Positions 34,640-48,600 of a stretch of DNA of 64,000 nucleotides are shown here, piece by piece. Made by a program: the position numbers and the translations under genes. The DNA lies in contig NC_134035.1 in NCBI RefSeq assembly GCF_964204645.1, positions 5,890,001 to 5,954,000 of the forward strand, given 5' to 3'. Each line of letters starts with the position of its first letter. Position 1 is the stretch's first letter. The notes beneath the pieces are model-generated. The model saw only the letters and a list, made by a program, of their open reading frames with translations. It ran no database searches and was not told the origin of the DNA. This DNA is from Tubulanus polymorphus. Taxonomy: Eukaryota; Animalia; Nemertea.

Positions 34640-35000
34640 CGGGTGACACTAGTGCATACGTCAGTTTCAATCATTCCCATTGGAACAAAATCGTGAATAA
34701 ATCTTTAATAGACTGAATGCCTTCCATCATCGGTGCATAGATAAAGACTTCATTTTTAGAGGTCATTGGCAAAATCAATGTCTTGGTCAAAATTCAAGAA
34801 CTATTCTCTTATTGCAGTTGTTTGAATCCTGTTTCCTTTAAGAATATATACTTGGACCAGGCGACTCGAGGAGCGGATCTGAAATGCTTGACAATTTCAC
34901 GATTCAATGCCCCCGACCTTGGAGCTTTACAATCATACAAATGTCAGGGGCTTCAAGGCTTCGACTCCAAGCAATGGATTGCGGTAACAAAATATGCGTA
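34640..35000 (+). pseudogene. Decayed non-LTR retrotransposon (RTE-like) RT C-terminal fragment
   Basis: Broken frames give LNAFHHRCI, WQNQ, LDQATR and RPWS, resembling the LNAFHHRCLR..WLGHV.RM..RP.G pattern of RTE-clade ORFs. Confidence 0.5.
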
Positions 35001-37516
35001 AGTAGCGTTGGGGAGCTAAATGAAACTAATATGACAATATCTAATGACCACTTCGAATATTCGACGTCCTCTGATCAAACGCCTATGGGGCAAACCTATA
35101 AACAGCTCCGAAAACCGAGGTGATGACGGGTAGAAGTGACCATTCATCGCGTACAGCTCAAAGAACGTACAGATATTCACGATGAATAATGGGACAACTT
35201 CATCGTTCCAAACGTAAGCAATATCAACTAAACCTGAGATTGAATGCTGCGAAGGTGGGGGGGGGGGGTATCGTTTTTCACGACCTGACGCCCGGCACTT
35301 AGGGCGTGCTTTTTATTCATCACTATATTCGCGATTCGTGGGTCAAATTCAAAATGGCGAACTTCATCAACATACACGGAAACGTCAAATGTCTTAAAAC
35401 TCGTCGAAGAGTCATAGGCAAAACACGCGATTGATATGCTTAGACACCAAGTTGAAAATACTATATTTCATTTAGCTATAAACGCCTCCTGGTGAACATA
35501 TATATGTACGGCTAAACTTTGTTTGACCTTGACCTTGATTGCAATGTTTAGTTACGTATAATAGGTTATCAGAGATGTACCATAGGAAAATCTCCAAAAA
35601 TAATCATTTGCCAATGACCTTTAAATCATATGCTGAAGGTTCCCCACAACCATCGTCAATGGTTACTGCGAGATTTGAGAATTTGAGAAATAAAATGCGA
35701 ACACACCTAGAATTAATAAAGATATTAAAGAAAATCAGAAAAATTAGATTTTTGAGCATTTTTGATAAAGAGAATTTGTCAATTTTTTTTTTCAAAAAGT
35801 GCATGCACTCGTTTTTATTGAAATCATGAATTTGTAGCACTTTCTTTGAAGATAGGCACTTCGTTTAAATAGGTATCTATGGAATTTGCTTAACCAAACG
35901 GTGGTCCATAAATTTTTAAAGTATAGAAATTAAGAATGACATTAAAGGCTCCTTTCACGTTCAGCAAGTTGTGAAGAAAACATAAATTATCTTTTCATAT
36001 TCTATAGAATATCATTATAGAAAATCAAAGTGGGCCATCTAAAAATAAACAGTTATCCTTTGAATAAAGCGTTTAAAAGGGAGCTTGTTTTTTATATTAC
36101 TTTAGAGCGTGTCGATTTTGTTCTGTCGGTCGGTAGGCAGGTGTAACTGTAGCTGTTTATTTCAGATCTCTCGACGACTTCATTCACTGACGCATTGTAA
36201 ACCCATAACCGCCGTACATATAAATAACTCTATTCCAATTCGATAAAAGACTCGTAATTCGTTGTCTACAGAAATCATTCACTGTTATTATATACTTTAT
36301 GTCGTGTTTATTGTCAAGATAATGTATAAGTTGGTGTACGTTTTTCAGGACATAGCGTAATATGCAATGTACAACATAAATACAACATAAAGTATGGAGT
36401 TTTAGTATGGAGTTTTAAAGTATTGAGTTTTTATGAATCCGTTTTTCATTGTCTTATGGAGAAATTAGTTTATCCAAATATGTTCTCGGAACATAACTTA
36501 CATGACATAAAACATGTTTACCACATAAATCAGTTTTATATTTTTGGCATTTAATAATGAACAATGATAACGAGGCTGAATCTTGCGAGACAGCTCAGTT
36601 CCCCTTGTATCATTACATTGGCGCTCTTCCAAAAAAGTTTTTCCACCGTTTTAGGTATTGCAGTCCACGTGGAATCATGGACTCTAAAACGAAGTCCATG
36701 ATTGAATTCAGCACTTGATTATCGTGTTTTGAAAATTCGTATATCTTTCAAATTCATGCATGAAAATATTCTAATTTTGGACCGAGGAATGAAAAGATCC
36801 TATGAAATAAAGGTGTTCTGATCGGTGGTATCTCAACTATCAGGAACAACAAGGCAGTTAAACCTTATAATCTTCATTGCATCCCGTAATGAGGATGTAA
36901 TAAACTAACAGGAAACCGCGCGCTTCAATCGACTAAAATGGAGTAGAAATGTTGAGACGAATGAAGTTAATTAAAGGGGGGCAGAAGCCGATGCAAACTA
37001 CCGCTACAGCTCTCTAAACTATTCACGGATCTTGGGAGGAAATTTTTTATTTTAAAACTAAAATTTGTTTCTAATTCATTAATATCGTCTTTTATAAATA
37101 AAGTTATATAAAGTGTGGTGGAAAGTGGCTGTAGAATTCTATTTTATTTATTTGAAATATGGAAAATTAGTCTTCCGAAAAATAAATACCTGTTTGTTCG
37201 CCTTCCGTATCAGACGGTTGACTAGCATGGCCTTCGGACATCGCCAATCTGTTCGATGATTTGCCATATCTGGAAATATGAGTGAAAGTCGACGATTTGA
37301 AAAATAACTCTGGAGAAAAAGATTTGGAACAGTTCCAAATGTCAAAATGCAACATTGAAAGTATTCCAGATGTTTTCATACCTTCCTAAAGTCCTTGATT
37401 TATCCCAGAATTCATTTAAACGACCAGAAGATGAATGATGGATGAAATTTATATGCGAAATTTTTATGTGATTATTTTATTTGTTTTAATTGCTAGAGGT
37501 GGTATTGGTGGACGCA

Positions 37517-40500
37517 TCATGATCGGTGGAGTCCTTCGCTCGGAGAGTTATAACTAGAATTGGATTTAACCAGAACTTCAAGCTGATATTATGTGGACCA
37601 GTCATAAGGTAGATCGTGGTTGTTTATTTCTAACCTGTTGATCGGTGACCTGTCGTGATTTTCATCTTCTTCGCCATCAGAGAAAACCGGTCGTCTAAAC
37701 ATCACGTTATTAGGCTTCCGTTTTCTGATAACAACTTTCTTCCCGGGGGCAATTTTCATTGTTTCCTATACCACGTAAGAAAATGATATCAATTTCGTGA
37801 GGTTTAATGATTTGTTTTTTTTATGATTTGTTTTAAAAGAACAACGAAATACGTATTGCAGGAGAGATTTCTCAAATAGCGGCGTAAAAACCTAACGATG
37901 AAGCGGTTTCATTTTTCCAATTGCAGGGGCGGATTTAGAGTGGGGTCCAAGGGAGTCCTGAACCCCCCCCCCTAAGTTTGAAGGTCCCCCAAAAAGAAAT
38001 CCTAAGTGACATTTTTTTTCAATTAAGGTCAATATAAAACAAACAGAAGTGGTATTTTCTCGTGATGAATAAACGATGGTATTGTGATTGTGGTCGTGGT
38101 ATTGTGTATATTATGATTTATTTTGTGGATTTCATTGTTCAACTTTTTGCAGATCTCACCAAATTCTTCTCAAAATTATTGTCGAGTATATACCCCTGGC
38201 CGTTGGCCGTAAGAGCTATGACGTTATGCGTCTTGCATCGTCATAACAGTTACATTTCATGTGGTCCCTTTTTACTTCACTGGACCCGCACCCCTACAAA
38301 TATCCTAGATCCGCCCCTGAACTGTAGAATTAACGATAAGGAATTCGTAGAAGAATATTTGCCGACATGAGTTTAAAAAAACAAGATTCGTTAATCTTGA
38401 CTCATTCTAGAACGCACGTTTTAGATACGAAATGAACGTGACTCAAATGAATTCCTTCTTCGTAAATCTTTGGGCGGAGCAGAATTTCAACGAGAACTTA
38501 AGGTAAGAAGTATTCTTTGACAAAATATTTCAAACATTAATCTTTGACAGCACTTTGACAAACGTATGTTATAGGCCTATGACACATCACACGAAGGTAT
38601 CTGTATATAAACCATGGGAGTTTCGAAGTCTTCGATTTTTTATGGTGTTACATATTTTTGAAGCTTTGTTAGATTTTTGCCTATATGAAATATCAATACG
38701 TACATCTTTTTGGAACCTGCGCATTAGCACTACTTTCTTATCGGGATTATTTCCGCTGTGTTGCGTTTGGTAGGTGAATCTCGGTCTCGCGTGGAGCGGT
38801 TCGATTTTCTCTAGGACCTCGTGCCACTGTCTGATTCTGGCCTCCAGTTGCGATAGAGCCCGGTCACTCGTCTCCCAGTCGTCGACGTCCTCGCGGTCGC
38901 CGTTCACGTCGGTCAAGAACGCGTTACCAGTCGCCTGGTTCTGATCGTTATGACAGACCAGTGTGGTCAGTCGGGGTAGACTCAAATTATCGTCCCCCAA
39001 ATTATTAGCCCCGCTAGCCGCGTTTACCATATTACTCAACGCTGCCATTTTCAACCCCCAACTCACTGCCGCCGGGTTTTGGAATCCGAAATTTTTTCGT
39101 TTCGCCTCTCGACGAGCTTTCTCGCGCATTCGATTGCGATAAAATACGGTGCCGGGTCCGAACAGATCGATCAGAGGCCCCCTCTGCGGGGAGATCATTT
39201 CCAGATAGTTCGGTTTATCCTCTTTGGGCATGTGTTGTTTTTCTTTTTGAAAATGCGAGTCGGCTATCTTGTGCATTAAAGCGTTTAGTAAAGGTATATG
39301 TTTGTCGAAACGCATCGCTCGACTTTCAATTTTCACCTCGGCACTGTTTCGCATCGCTTCGACCGTCCACGGGTTTTTCCTGGATACGAGTCGTTCGAAG
39401 TTTTTCATGTCTAAACTATAAACCTCCGTAGCCTGCATACAATGCAGGGTTTGCATATACGTGGGCAGTTCCATACTCAGTTCCATATCACCTTCAATTT
39501 TGATAAATGAAAATTAGTATATATCGGTCTAATTAATTAGATTTTCTAAAAAGAATAATATCAGTGTTAGATAATAATTTAATGCTGATACCTATCACTT
39601 CTCGCGGGCCTATGACACATATTTCGTATATTTTTCGTCGGTGTTCGAGCGCCCCCTTGCGTCGTTTGAGAACCTCAGCGCTGGGTGGTCCCCTGATGAC
39701 GTCGGTTTGAACAGGAGCCAACGATTGCTTCTTTTTTGTTGAGCTGGAAACGACACCAAAAAAATAAACAGTTACAGGATCCACTTCCACAGTTGTGGCT
39801 CTTAGATTTGACATCAAGGGTGAAAATTCGCGACATTGTTTATTTCAAATAACTATCCTGTGATAAGGATAATGACTCATTGCATTGTTCAGTTTTGAAT
39901 TTGGGAAAAAATGATTATTGAAAAAAAAGAATGACTGACTTCAATAACTCTTCTAGTTCCTCGTTTCTTTCGGCGTTCACTTCAAAATCCTCAATCGGAT
40001 AGTACTGAGGATATTGAGTCTCGTGTTGAGTCGGGTCCATGATTACTTTCGATTGACCTCTGAAAATGATTACGAAACCATTTCAAATTCAAAATGAGAA
40101 ACGAACGTCTGACGTTCGAAAGGAGATTAGAACATCTTTTTAGCGCTCGAAAAAAACATGATTGTAATCAACTTTTTTAACTCGAATTACTGGACCCCGT
40201 TCCACACGATTGTGGGTTCTAAATGTGAGTCTAAAACATCGAAAATGAACTAATTTTGTGTATAACCTTAGAAACTTGCATTGCATGACCCCGTGCCACA
40301 AAGCTCTAAGTTTTATTTGACTCGCAACTGTCGAACTGGATCCTGAGTTCAAAGTTAACTCTCACTCACAACTGTGGAACGGGATCCTCAGATCAGAGTT
40401 AACTTTAACTCACAACTGTGGGACAGTGGGTCCTGAGTACAGAGTGATATCTAACTCACAACTGTGGAACTGGATCCTAAGTTCACAGTTAACTCCAACT

Positions 40501-43500
40501 CACAACTGTGGTGGGACTGTGGCCGGGTGCTGAGTACTGAGTTAACTCTCACTGGTTCCGGGTCTCAAACCTAAAATCAACTTTTTAGATGAATTTATTT
40601 ACCTTAATACGAAGTAGAGTCCAACAACTGGGTCGCCTTGTTTCACGATACAACCGTCGTATGGTATCTTCACTTTCACTAAACTCATCGCCATTTGTTT
40701 TTTAAACCGCTGTTGCCAGTTAGAGAAATACGGACACTCGGACACGAATGTGTTCCGTTCCTCGAACTCAGCCAGTTGAGCAGCTTTTAATGATCGGTTA
40801 TACAACTCGCGATCGACCACGACCAGATCGGTTGTCTCATCAGCGATGATCGATGCGTTTCGAACGCAATCTTTATTAATCAGCGCTAATTCTCCGAAAC
40901 TTTTTCCCGTATCTGATACATAAGAAAACCATTAGCAAAATATATTCAATGTCAAATCCGACGTTTCTAATCGTGTATATATTGTACATAGATTAAGTTC
41001 CGAAATTGATTTCAAGGTTGATCTCAATACGTGTTTATCAAATTTGTATTACTTGTATAATTTCATCTTTATTCTGATTCCTTCACGAATTATTCGAAAT
41101 AGGAATAGAATTCAATCATTTAAGTCCACCTTGTAAGTTTAAAGCAACTCTACAAGATTAACAAGATTAAAATCGATTTCTATTTGTCAAAAAATAGAAT
41201 ATGAAAATACAGCACGTCGTGTATTTTGATTTTAATCGTTTATTGTTTCTAATTTTTTTATAAATAAAAACACTTTATAAACTCGTTTTTAATCTTTGAA
41301 ATTCTGTGTATATTGATTGGGTTTAAACTTATTATCTATTCTCCACGAGTTTACGGGCTATTCTAACATTAAGTCCAGCTTGGATTTTAATTTTCAACGG
41401 ACATCGTTAGTAGACGTAGAGACATGAAATGCGATAATGTAAATTGCCGTTGAGATGTGCACCTACCCAATGGCGCGATATAATTGCCGAATTTTGATCG
41501 GTCAAGCGGTTTCTTTTTCTCTTCCTTTTTAAAGTCTTCGTCGCCTAGCAACTCGTCCCTTTCGTCGTCAGCCTCGTCGTCTACAGTTCCGGTTAGGTTA
41601 CCTTCATCCGCTAAAGCATTACTGATATATATAGCAACCTTCCCGCTCAGTATAATGTAGAAACTAGAAAATGATGTAGAAGAAAAAACTCGAATCAGCT
41701 AAGATTCCACAATACAAAAGTCTGAAATGTTTCATTGAGGAGCTAGTAGCTTATTCGATGTATTCTTACTAGTCTTCTTCGGGCATACGCTGGATGACTC
41801 GGTGGTCTAGTGGTTAGAGCACAGAGGTTTGCAAGATGAAATCCCACCACAACGCAAAAGTATAGCGGCTGATTCGGGTCACATTTATTTAAAAAAAATA
41901 TCTGACGTTCATGCTCCACCATTTTTAAAAAACATTTTTCACTTTTCGTTTTAACGCTACGTTGAGTCCAGTTTTTAATTCTAACGTGCTCTTTTTCGAA
42001 CGTCATCTTTTTCCGTTTTAATTAACGCGACGTTTAAAAAAGAGTGTAAAAATCAAGTGTCATATTTCCTTTTTTAATGTGGCCCGAATCAATCACCATA
42101 CAATAGCAAGTGTGAAATGCGTCCTTGAGAAAAAAATGTATTGAACTTTCAGGAATATTGTAGCATTCTGAAAATGATTTTACATTTTGGACTCATTTTT
42201 TGTTTTGCGGGATTTCATCGTATATCATTGTTACACGGTATCATACTAGACGGATTTTTTCATCAATACACAATGGTTATCTTATATAAACAACCACAAA
42301 TCAAACTGAAGCTGCTCCCAGCCCAACGGGTGATCATTTGGCCCAACTCCGTAGTTCAGGTTTACCGCTCAATCGATTAGCTACATACGAAACTATCGTA
42401 TCTACTGTTTTAGCTTATTGTCTCATCACTCTATACAGTGAAATTTCAACCGTGAAATTTGGAGCGATGTTTTTCCAAATGAGAAGATCATCATCTTTTA
42501 TCTTTCTCATTAAAAAGAGATTTCACTGGACTCAGGAAACTTAGAAGCATCCTTCGATATAGTAACGGTGCATGAGAGACTCATCGGTTCATCTTGATTG
42601 ATTTGCGTGAACCTCGACCTTCTATCTAAAAAACATAATTCCGATTAGCACCTCGGCGAAACAGTTTTCCGATTCTAAATGATGTGTTTGTGTTTATGTC
42701 AGTAAATACTTTGATTTAGTGACGATCTTAACGACCCGATAGAGACAGGCAGATCAGTACCGGGGTAGCTCCGCCGTTGTCTAGGATTCCGCAAAACAAA
42801 CTACGGGTGGTGATAAAACTCAGTGAACAAACACACATCATCGCAAGACACATTATTAACATTCCGATGCGATGCGATGGTGGTGAATATTCGAGCAATT
42901 TTATATCGTATTTATTCGCGTCATAAACACAGGTCGTGTCATCATGAACCTACCCCCGCACAGACAGGAATAGATTCAGACCGGATGAATTTTTAGGTTT
43001 ATCAGAGCGGCATGCCGTGCCATGTATAGTTGTGCCTTGAGTCAAAAAGTGTCGTTAATCTTAGACGGGTCGTTGTTACATAATCTATACACCTACGGGT
43101 TTCTAGGACTACCGGGTCTTAATAAGTCGTTTGATTAGCTATGCGGCTGAGGTGGTCCTGGTTTGCCATACAGCGAACAGGCCATCTTCTACTGTCTGGT
43201 TCAACATTTGAATTTATAGATAAGATTGAACTGAGTCTATACCGGTAGACCTGTACAATTCTCCGACTATTTTCCTAAATTCGTTGCCAAATATATGCCA
43301 AATATTTCTCAGCAATTAACACGCTTTCATACATCGTTATGCGTTAGAACTCCCCATGTTGCACGATAAAGCTTTAAAAGCTCAACGCATTAAAGCGATT
43401 ACTGATTTGGCCCATTTTTAACCGCAGGCCTACACGAAAACGACAATAACGAGGGCACTAGGAAAGCACTGCAGGGCAACTAATTAATTCTCACAGCGAA

Positions 43501-45655
43501 TATTTTCGGTTGAAATGACGCGAAAAACGAAAGTTTTGTTTAAGTTTCACCAGGTGTTTAAGTAGGACCAGCGTGTTACGCGATACGTGACTCTACGTCA
43601 CATTAAAGTTCTCACGCAACACACGCCAGCACGAACTGTAGAACTGTTGTAGAACTGTTGAAGTTTCTCATTTGACGAAACGTTTTCATTTAGGGCCGGG
43701 GTTAGAATGAATGCCGAACCCAATTTTTTTAAAATCGATTCCCTCAAGCCATTACAAAACTAAGTGCACATATAGCCAGAAGACTAGGTTTGATTGTTCG
43801 TACGAATGTTGAATGCGAGTTTCGACACCAGACTGTATCTCCGCGGTTCCCATCGGGGGTGCGCGTTATGGGGTTTCTATTCTTATTGAATAAATATGAA
43901 AGCATTTGAATTTATTAATGTGCATACCTAAGGATCAAACCTGGGTAGTCGTAGAGGTAGATCGACTTAGAATGTTTTAGTTACCAGCGCTCCAGTCAGC
44001 GACCAGTCAGATTGCAAACGTGCTCTAACAATGCCCTATCATATTCATGAATTAAAACATTGAAATAAGTCGTTTAAAAAGGATTCTTCGTTCGTTTCAA
44101 CTGCGCAACAAATGTCTGTTTGATTTGATTAATTATTTTTATTTAGAAAAATAGATATTTTGTACGGCAATTCTCTTCGCAAAGATCGATCCAAAAAGTA
44201 ATTCGTGGTGGGTGTTGCTTTGAAATGTAGACACTATGGTTGTATTAGTGTCGCTGTATTCTCCGTGGGCGAGTTTGATACTCAGTTTATATGATTCAGC
44301 CAGATTACTGATCGATCCGAGGGCGGAAATGAATGAACCGACGACTGAATAGGTGTAACTGGAAAATCTGATGGAAGGTTTTGTTTAACTCACTGATTGA
44401 TTAGTCAATATAGCAGCCGCTTGCACGCGGGGCCCTGTGTATGAATAGACGCCACCGCCACAGATTCATAGCAATAATCGTTCATCAACCGCTAGAATTA
44501 CGTAAAGCTATACTGTCTAATCCTAACGGAATTAATCTAATGCGCAATAACGATTTCCCTATAATCTTGTTAAATTTCTTTTAAAAAATTTAGTTAAGCC
44601 AGGTATATATAATGCAGCCTAGATCGTTCATATATTATCCAATAGGGTTAGTCTTGGGAAACGAAAACATCCGAACGACGTACAGCAAAACCAAAAATAT
44701 TGTGTATAATTCTTTTGGTTCTTTTTTACTCTGTTTTTTGCACACACGTAGTTAGTATCTTCGATTTGTCATAAAAGTCGTTCTCGTTACTTTGACAATC
44801 AACTACATACAAGTGTCGTAAAGACACTTCTGAGATTTCTCGGGACAACATGACAACTCGATTTGAAGGGCTTTATTTCACCGTCTTGGCATATATAGTC
44901 TTAATAACTAACTAGAAAGGTACCCAATGTTTGGTCCTTCGAACCAATAAGATTATTGAGGTATATTGGGAAATTCTTTTGAAATGTAAAACAACGAGAA
45001 TCACACAATGATAATGGCTCTGGAAAATATTTTCGGACTTTGTCTTTCATTATCATTGTGGGATTCTAGTTATTTTATCGTCGCAACACGGATAAAGTGT
45101 TTTATCAGTGGTGATCTTTTGAAATGTATACGTGACATCAACTTTTTCTATCAAAGGATTTTTGGCCAGCTATAACTTATGTTTCCACATCAAAGGTGAC
45201 ATCAAGAAATCTATGAATTTCACAAATTTTCAATTTATTTGGCGATTCCGCTATTTGCGGAACATTTTCACGAACGTCTCATATCGAATACTTACCAGTC
45301 GCCTTTCTCTCCTTGTTTTATAAGAACGAAGTCTCTTTCGACTCTTTTGAACAAACAGTTTCTTATGATATCGATCAGAATATCTGAAGGAAGAAAAATA
45401 TAGACGGATCACCAATTATTATATCTAAACTTGTCAATGGCAATTATTTAGCTTTTTGTCACGGTATGAATATCGGCACCAAAAGCTATTATTGATACCC
45501 TCATTATGCGCTCACAGGAATTCCGGTGAAGTTGAACTCAAGTTGACCACTAATTAGTCTCGCAGAGTTATTTTTAGCGTTTCGACGAATTTAAACACCG
45601 ATCAAAAAACGTCCACCTTACAATAGACCTTATAGTCGTATTCGACGAGTCAATA

Positions 45656-45689
<34 letters not shown>

Positions 45690-48600
45690 CAATGTTAATT
45701 TGTATAGCGCAGTAATTCCATTCAAAATGAGTTGAAATATGTGGTTCAGGGGATCGCAGAGCAAACAGGTGTATTTTGTCTTCATTTTAGCTGCGAATGA
45801 CCAAAAAAGTCACAGACCCGGCTCGTACGAAATATTATAGCATTTCTATAGCATTATAGCAAGTTTTCTCTCGGGCAATTTTTCACTCGGGTCTGGTCTA
45901 GGCCAGTTCGACTGGGGCCAAATCATCCCGCGTTCGACCACGCTATGCAGCCCCATTGTCTTTCCTATTTGGCTTCTTCGTCCGATCATTTGACAAAATG
46001 ATTACTCCAAGGTCCGATGGGTGTCCACAGCTATGGCTCAATTCGCTCCCCCTCCCCTCCCCAGTCTCCCAGCACACCCCTCACTCCCTCCGCTCTCCAA
46101 CATCCTGGTTACGTATTGTTCACGATTTCAAAGCCGCAGCAGTATTTATTACCTACTGAATGATAGATTCTCTTATAAATTGCGCTTTAACTCACAGCGA
46201 TCGAATTCATGCATCGACGACATATTCCGTAGCCGCTTGATATTCATTAGTGAGTCTGAAGTGGCTCAGTTAAAAGGACTCATTAACCGGTATATTTCAA
46301 AGCTCCGGTACTTAACTTCAGTTCTGAAAACTACTACACAAAAGTGCTGACAGTATTGGTTGAATAAATTGCAGAAGTCCCGACATAAGGGGTCGTTATA
46401 TGTTACGTCAAGGGGTTGAAAAATGCAGATTTGTTACGCGTAATAAATGAATGATCCCTACGCAAGCATTTAGATGAAATGATTAGAATTTATTTCATAA
46501 AATATGAATAAGCCCTGGTCGATTAGGCGCTTAGAATAAATGATAGAATTTATTTCATGAGATAAAAACAAACTCTGGGCTGTTACGTGTTCAGATAAAA
46601 GGATAAAATCTATTTCATAGAACATTTCCAAGCTCTGGGTCCGTCACGTCATTATCAACAGAGGCTCTCAGAGGAAATGATCAATTCTACAAGCGAATAA
46701 CAAAGTAAAAATTGAACTGTGGTTCTTTAGTAATGAATTAATAGTTGAATGTTTATTCACACAATAAATTGAATACGTATTCGCTCACTCACGACGAGTA
46801 GGCTAGAAAATAAATGTTTGTCCATTATGGTTAGTTGGTAAATCTGCGACGTGGAACACGATAAGCAAACAGTATGAAATCGAGTAAAATAAATACTTTT
46901 GTATCGAAGTTTAATGAATTTCCATGCGGAAGTATGGCGTTAACGGATTATATATTGTATCGTATTGTTTCGTGTGTTCCTTTGAAACTGTAACTAGTGA
47001 GCGATAGTGCTTGAAATTAAGAAAACAACCATCTGAAAAGTACTCGGTAAAAATATTATGTGTTATGGATCAAAATTCGGTTTGGGGTTATTCTTACGGG
47101 CTAATGACCAATGCCGGCCTTTTTCCAAGTCTCCCAATATCAACTTATATAGATTATTATAACCTTACTAACTGAACCCTGACAAAAATACTAATGATAG
47201 ATCGTCGTGTATTTTGTATATTTTAGATTGTTCGAATAAACAAATTCTTGGTTTTAAATTCTTTTAATCTGTAGATAGTGGGTTTTTATCTTATTATACG
47301 TTCACCACGTTTGAGTGTGGTTATCGTTCTACTGATGGATTATGATAGCTTTATTATCTATTTTAGATCAGCCCTTAAAACCTTTATTTTCGATTTTCAT
47401 TCAAGATCATGCTTAGCCACGCTTTTACTATGCATCGATGTTTTATGTCTAAGCGCCTTAGGGCAGTATAAGGCACCAAATATGGTAAACAATATAATAA
47501 TAATGATGATGTTGATAATAACAATAAGAAATTTGCCATTGAATACGAAATAATAATCTATAATGAATAAAAACCCACAGTAGATTTGTAGAAACAGTTT
47601 ATTTTCTCACAGTTTCGAGGGTAAAACTAAACCACTAAACCTCATCTTCAGAGGAACAAAAATACGTTAACTATACTGAGATCTATATCAGTTCACTGCA
47701 GTCATAATCTACAATCTTGGTTTTTCTTTTAAGACTGGTGATTTTAAACTGTATATGAACTTAATACGTCTGTATTAGAAAATTTTGGGAAAATCAATGT
47801 TTCTTCATATATTCTTCGAGAAAAAGTTTCCCAATAATGCCGTTCTGCCAGTATACGAGTAAAACATTCATACGAAACGTCAAAACTGTCTTTTCATTCT
47901 TTCTTTTCATAATCAATCATATTTGAAATAACGCCGTATATATCATAAGGAACGATTTAAGAATGTCCTCGCGCAAGAAATAGCAGGTTTCTCTCGGCCT
48001 GACATAGCAATAAATAACGATAGTTTTTTTTCCATTTGAAAGCGATAGTACCTTACAGGTTGCCGTCGATTGAATCGTTGACAACAACTATATAGAAACC
48101 TAACGCTTTCTATAGTTTTCAGTTAGCGCGTATATATTTTATGGTCGGCTATGTGTGTTACTGTTATTGCGATTATGGCCGAACGAATGAACGGTACCCA
48201 GAAGTTTAATGCCGCTTTGATAGATAATTATAAAGTAGATAAATGATCCTTTAAAATCATGTACTCGATAAATCGGGTTATTTCTTCCGCGCGTAACCCA
48301 TTCGCCTATTCGTTCATAAACGTCACCGACATTTCCAATTATGTACTCCTTCGCTTTAGAGAAAAAAAATCTGTAAATTCCACCGCCGATCACACGACTG
48401 AATCTGTACTTAGATTTCCGATTTCAAAATCAAACCACCTGTTTCGCCCGCGTGTGGCGGGTTTGTAAGGGACACCGAATCAAATAAAATCTACCAATCA
48501 AATAAATAACAGGGACAATCCCTATTTTTTAGATTAAAAGTAATGTCATCAAATTATTCCCTATCGAAGTGATGCATTCGTCATCGAATTGTGTCCAGGG

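Noticed and set aside
38587-38703. C-terminal tail of ORF 38587-39486 as the true gene end
   Set aside because: A good donor (GAT|gtacgt) and an in-phase exon at 37765 suggest this is intron read-through; it cannot be excluded as an isoform.
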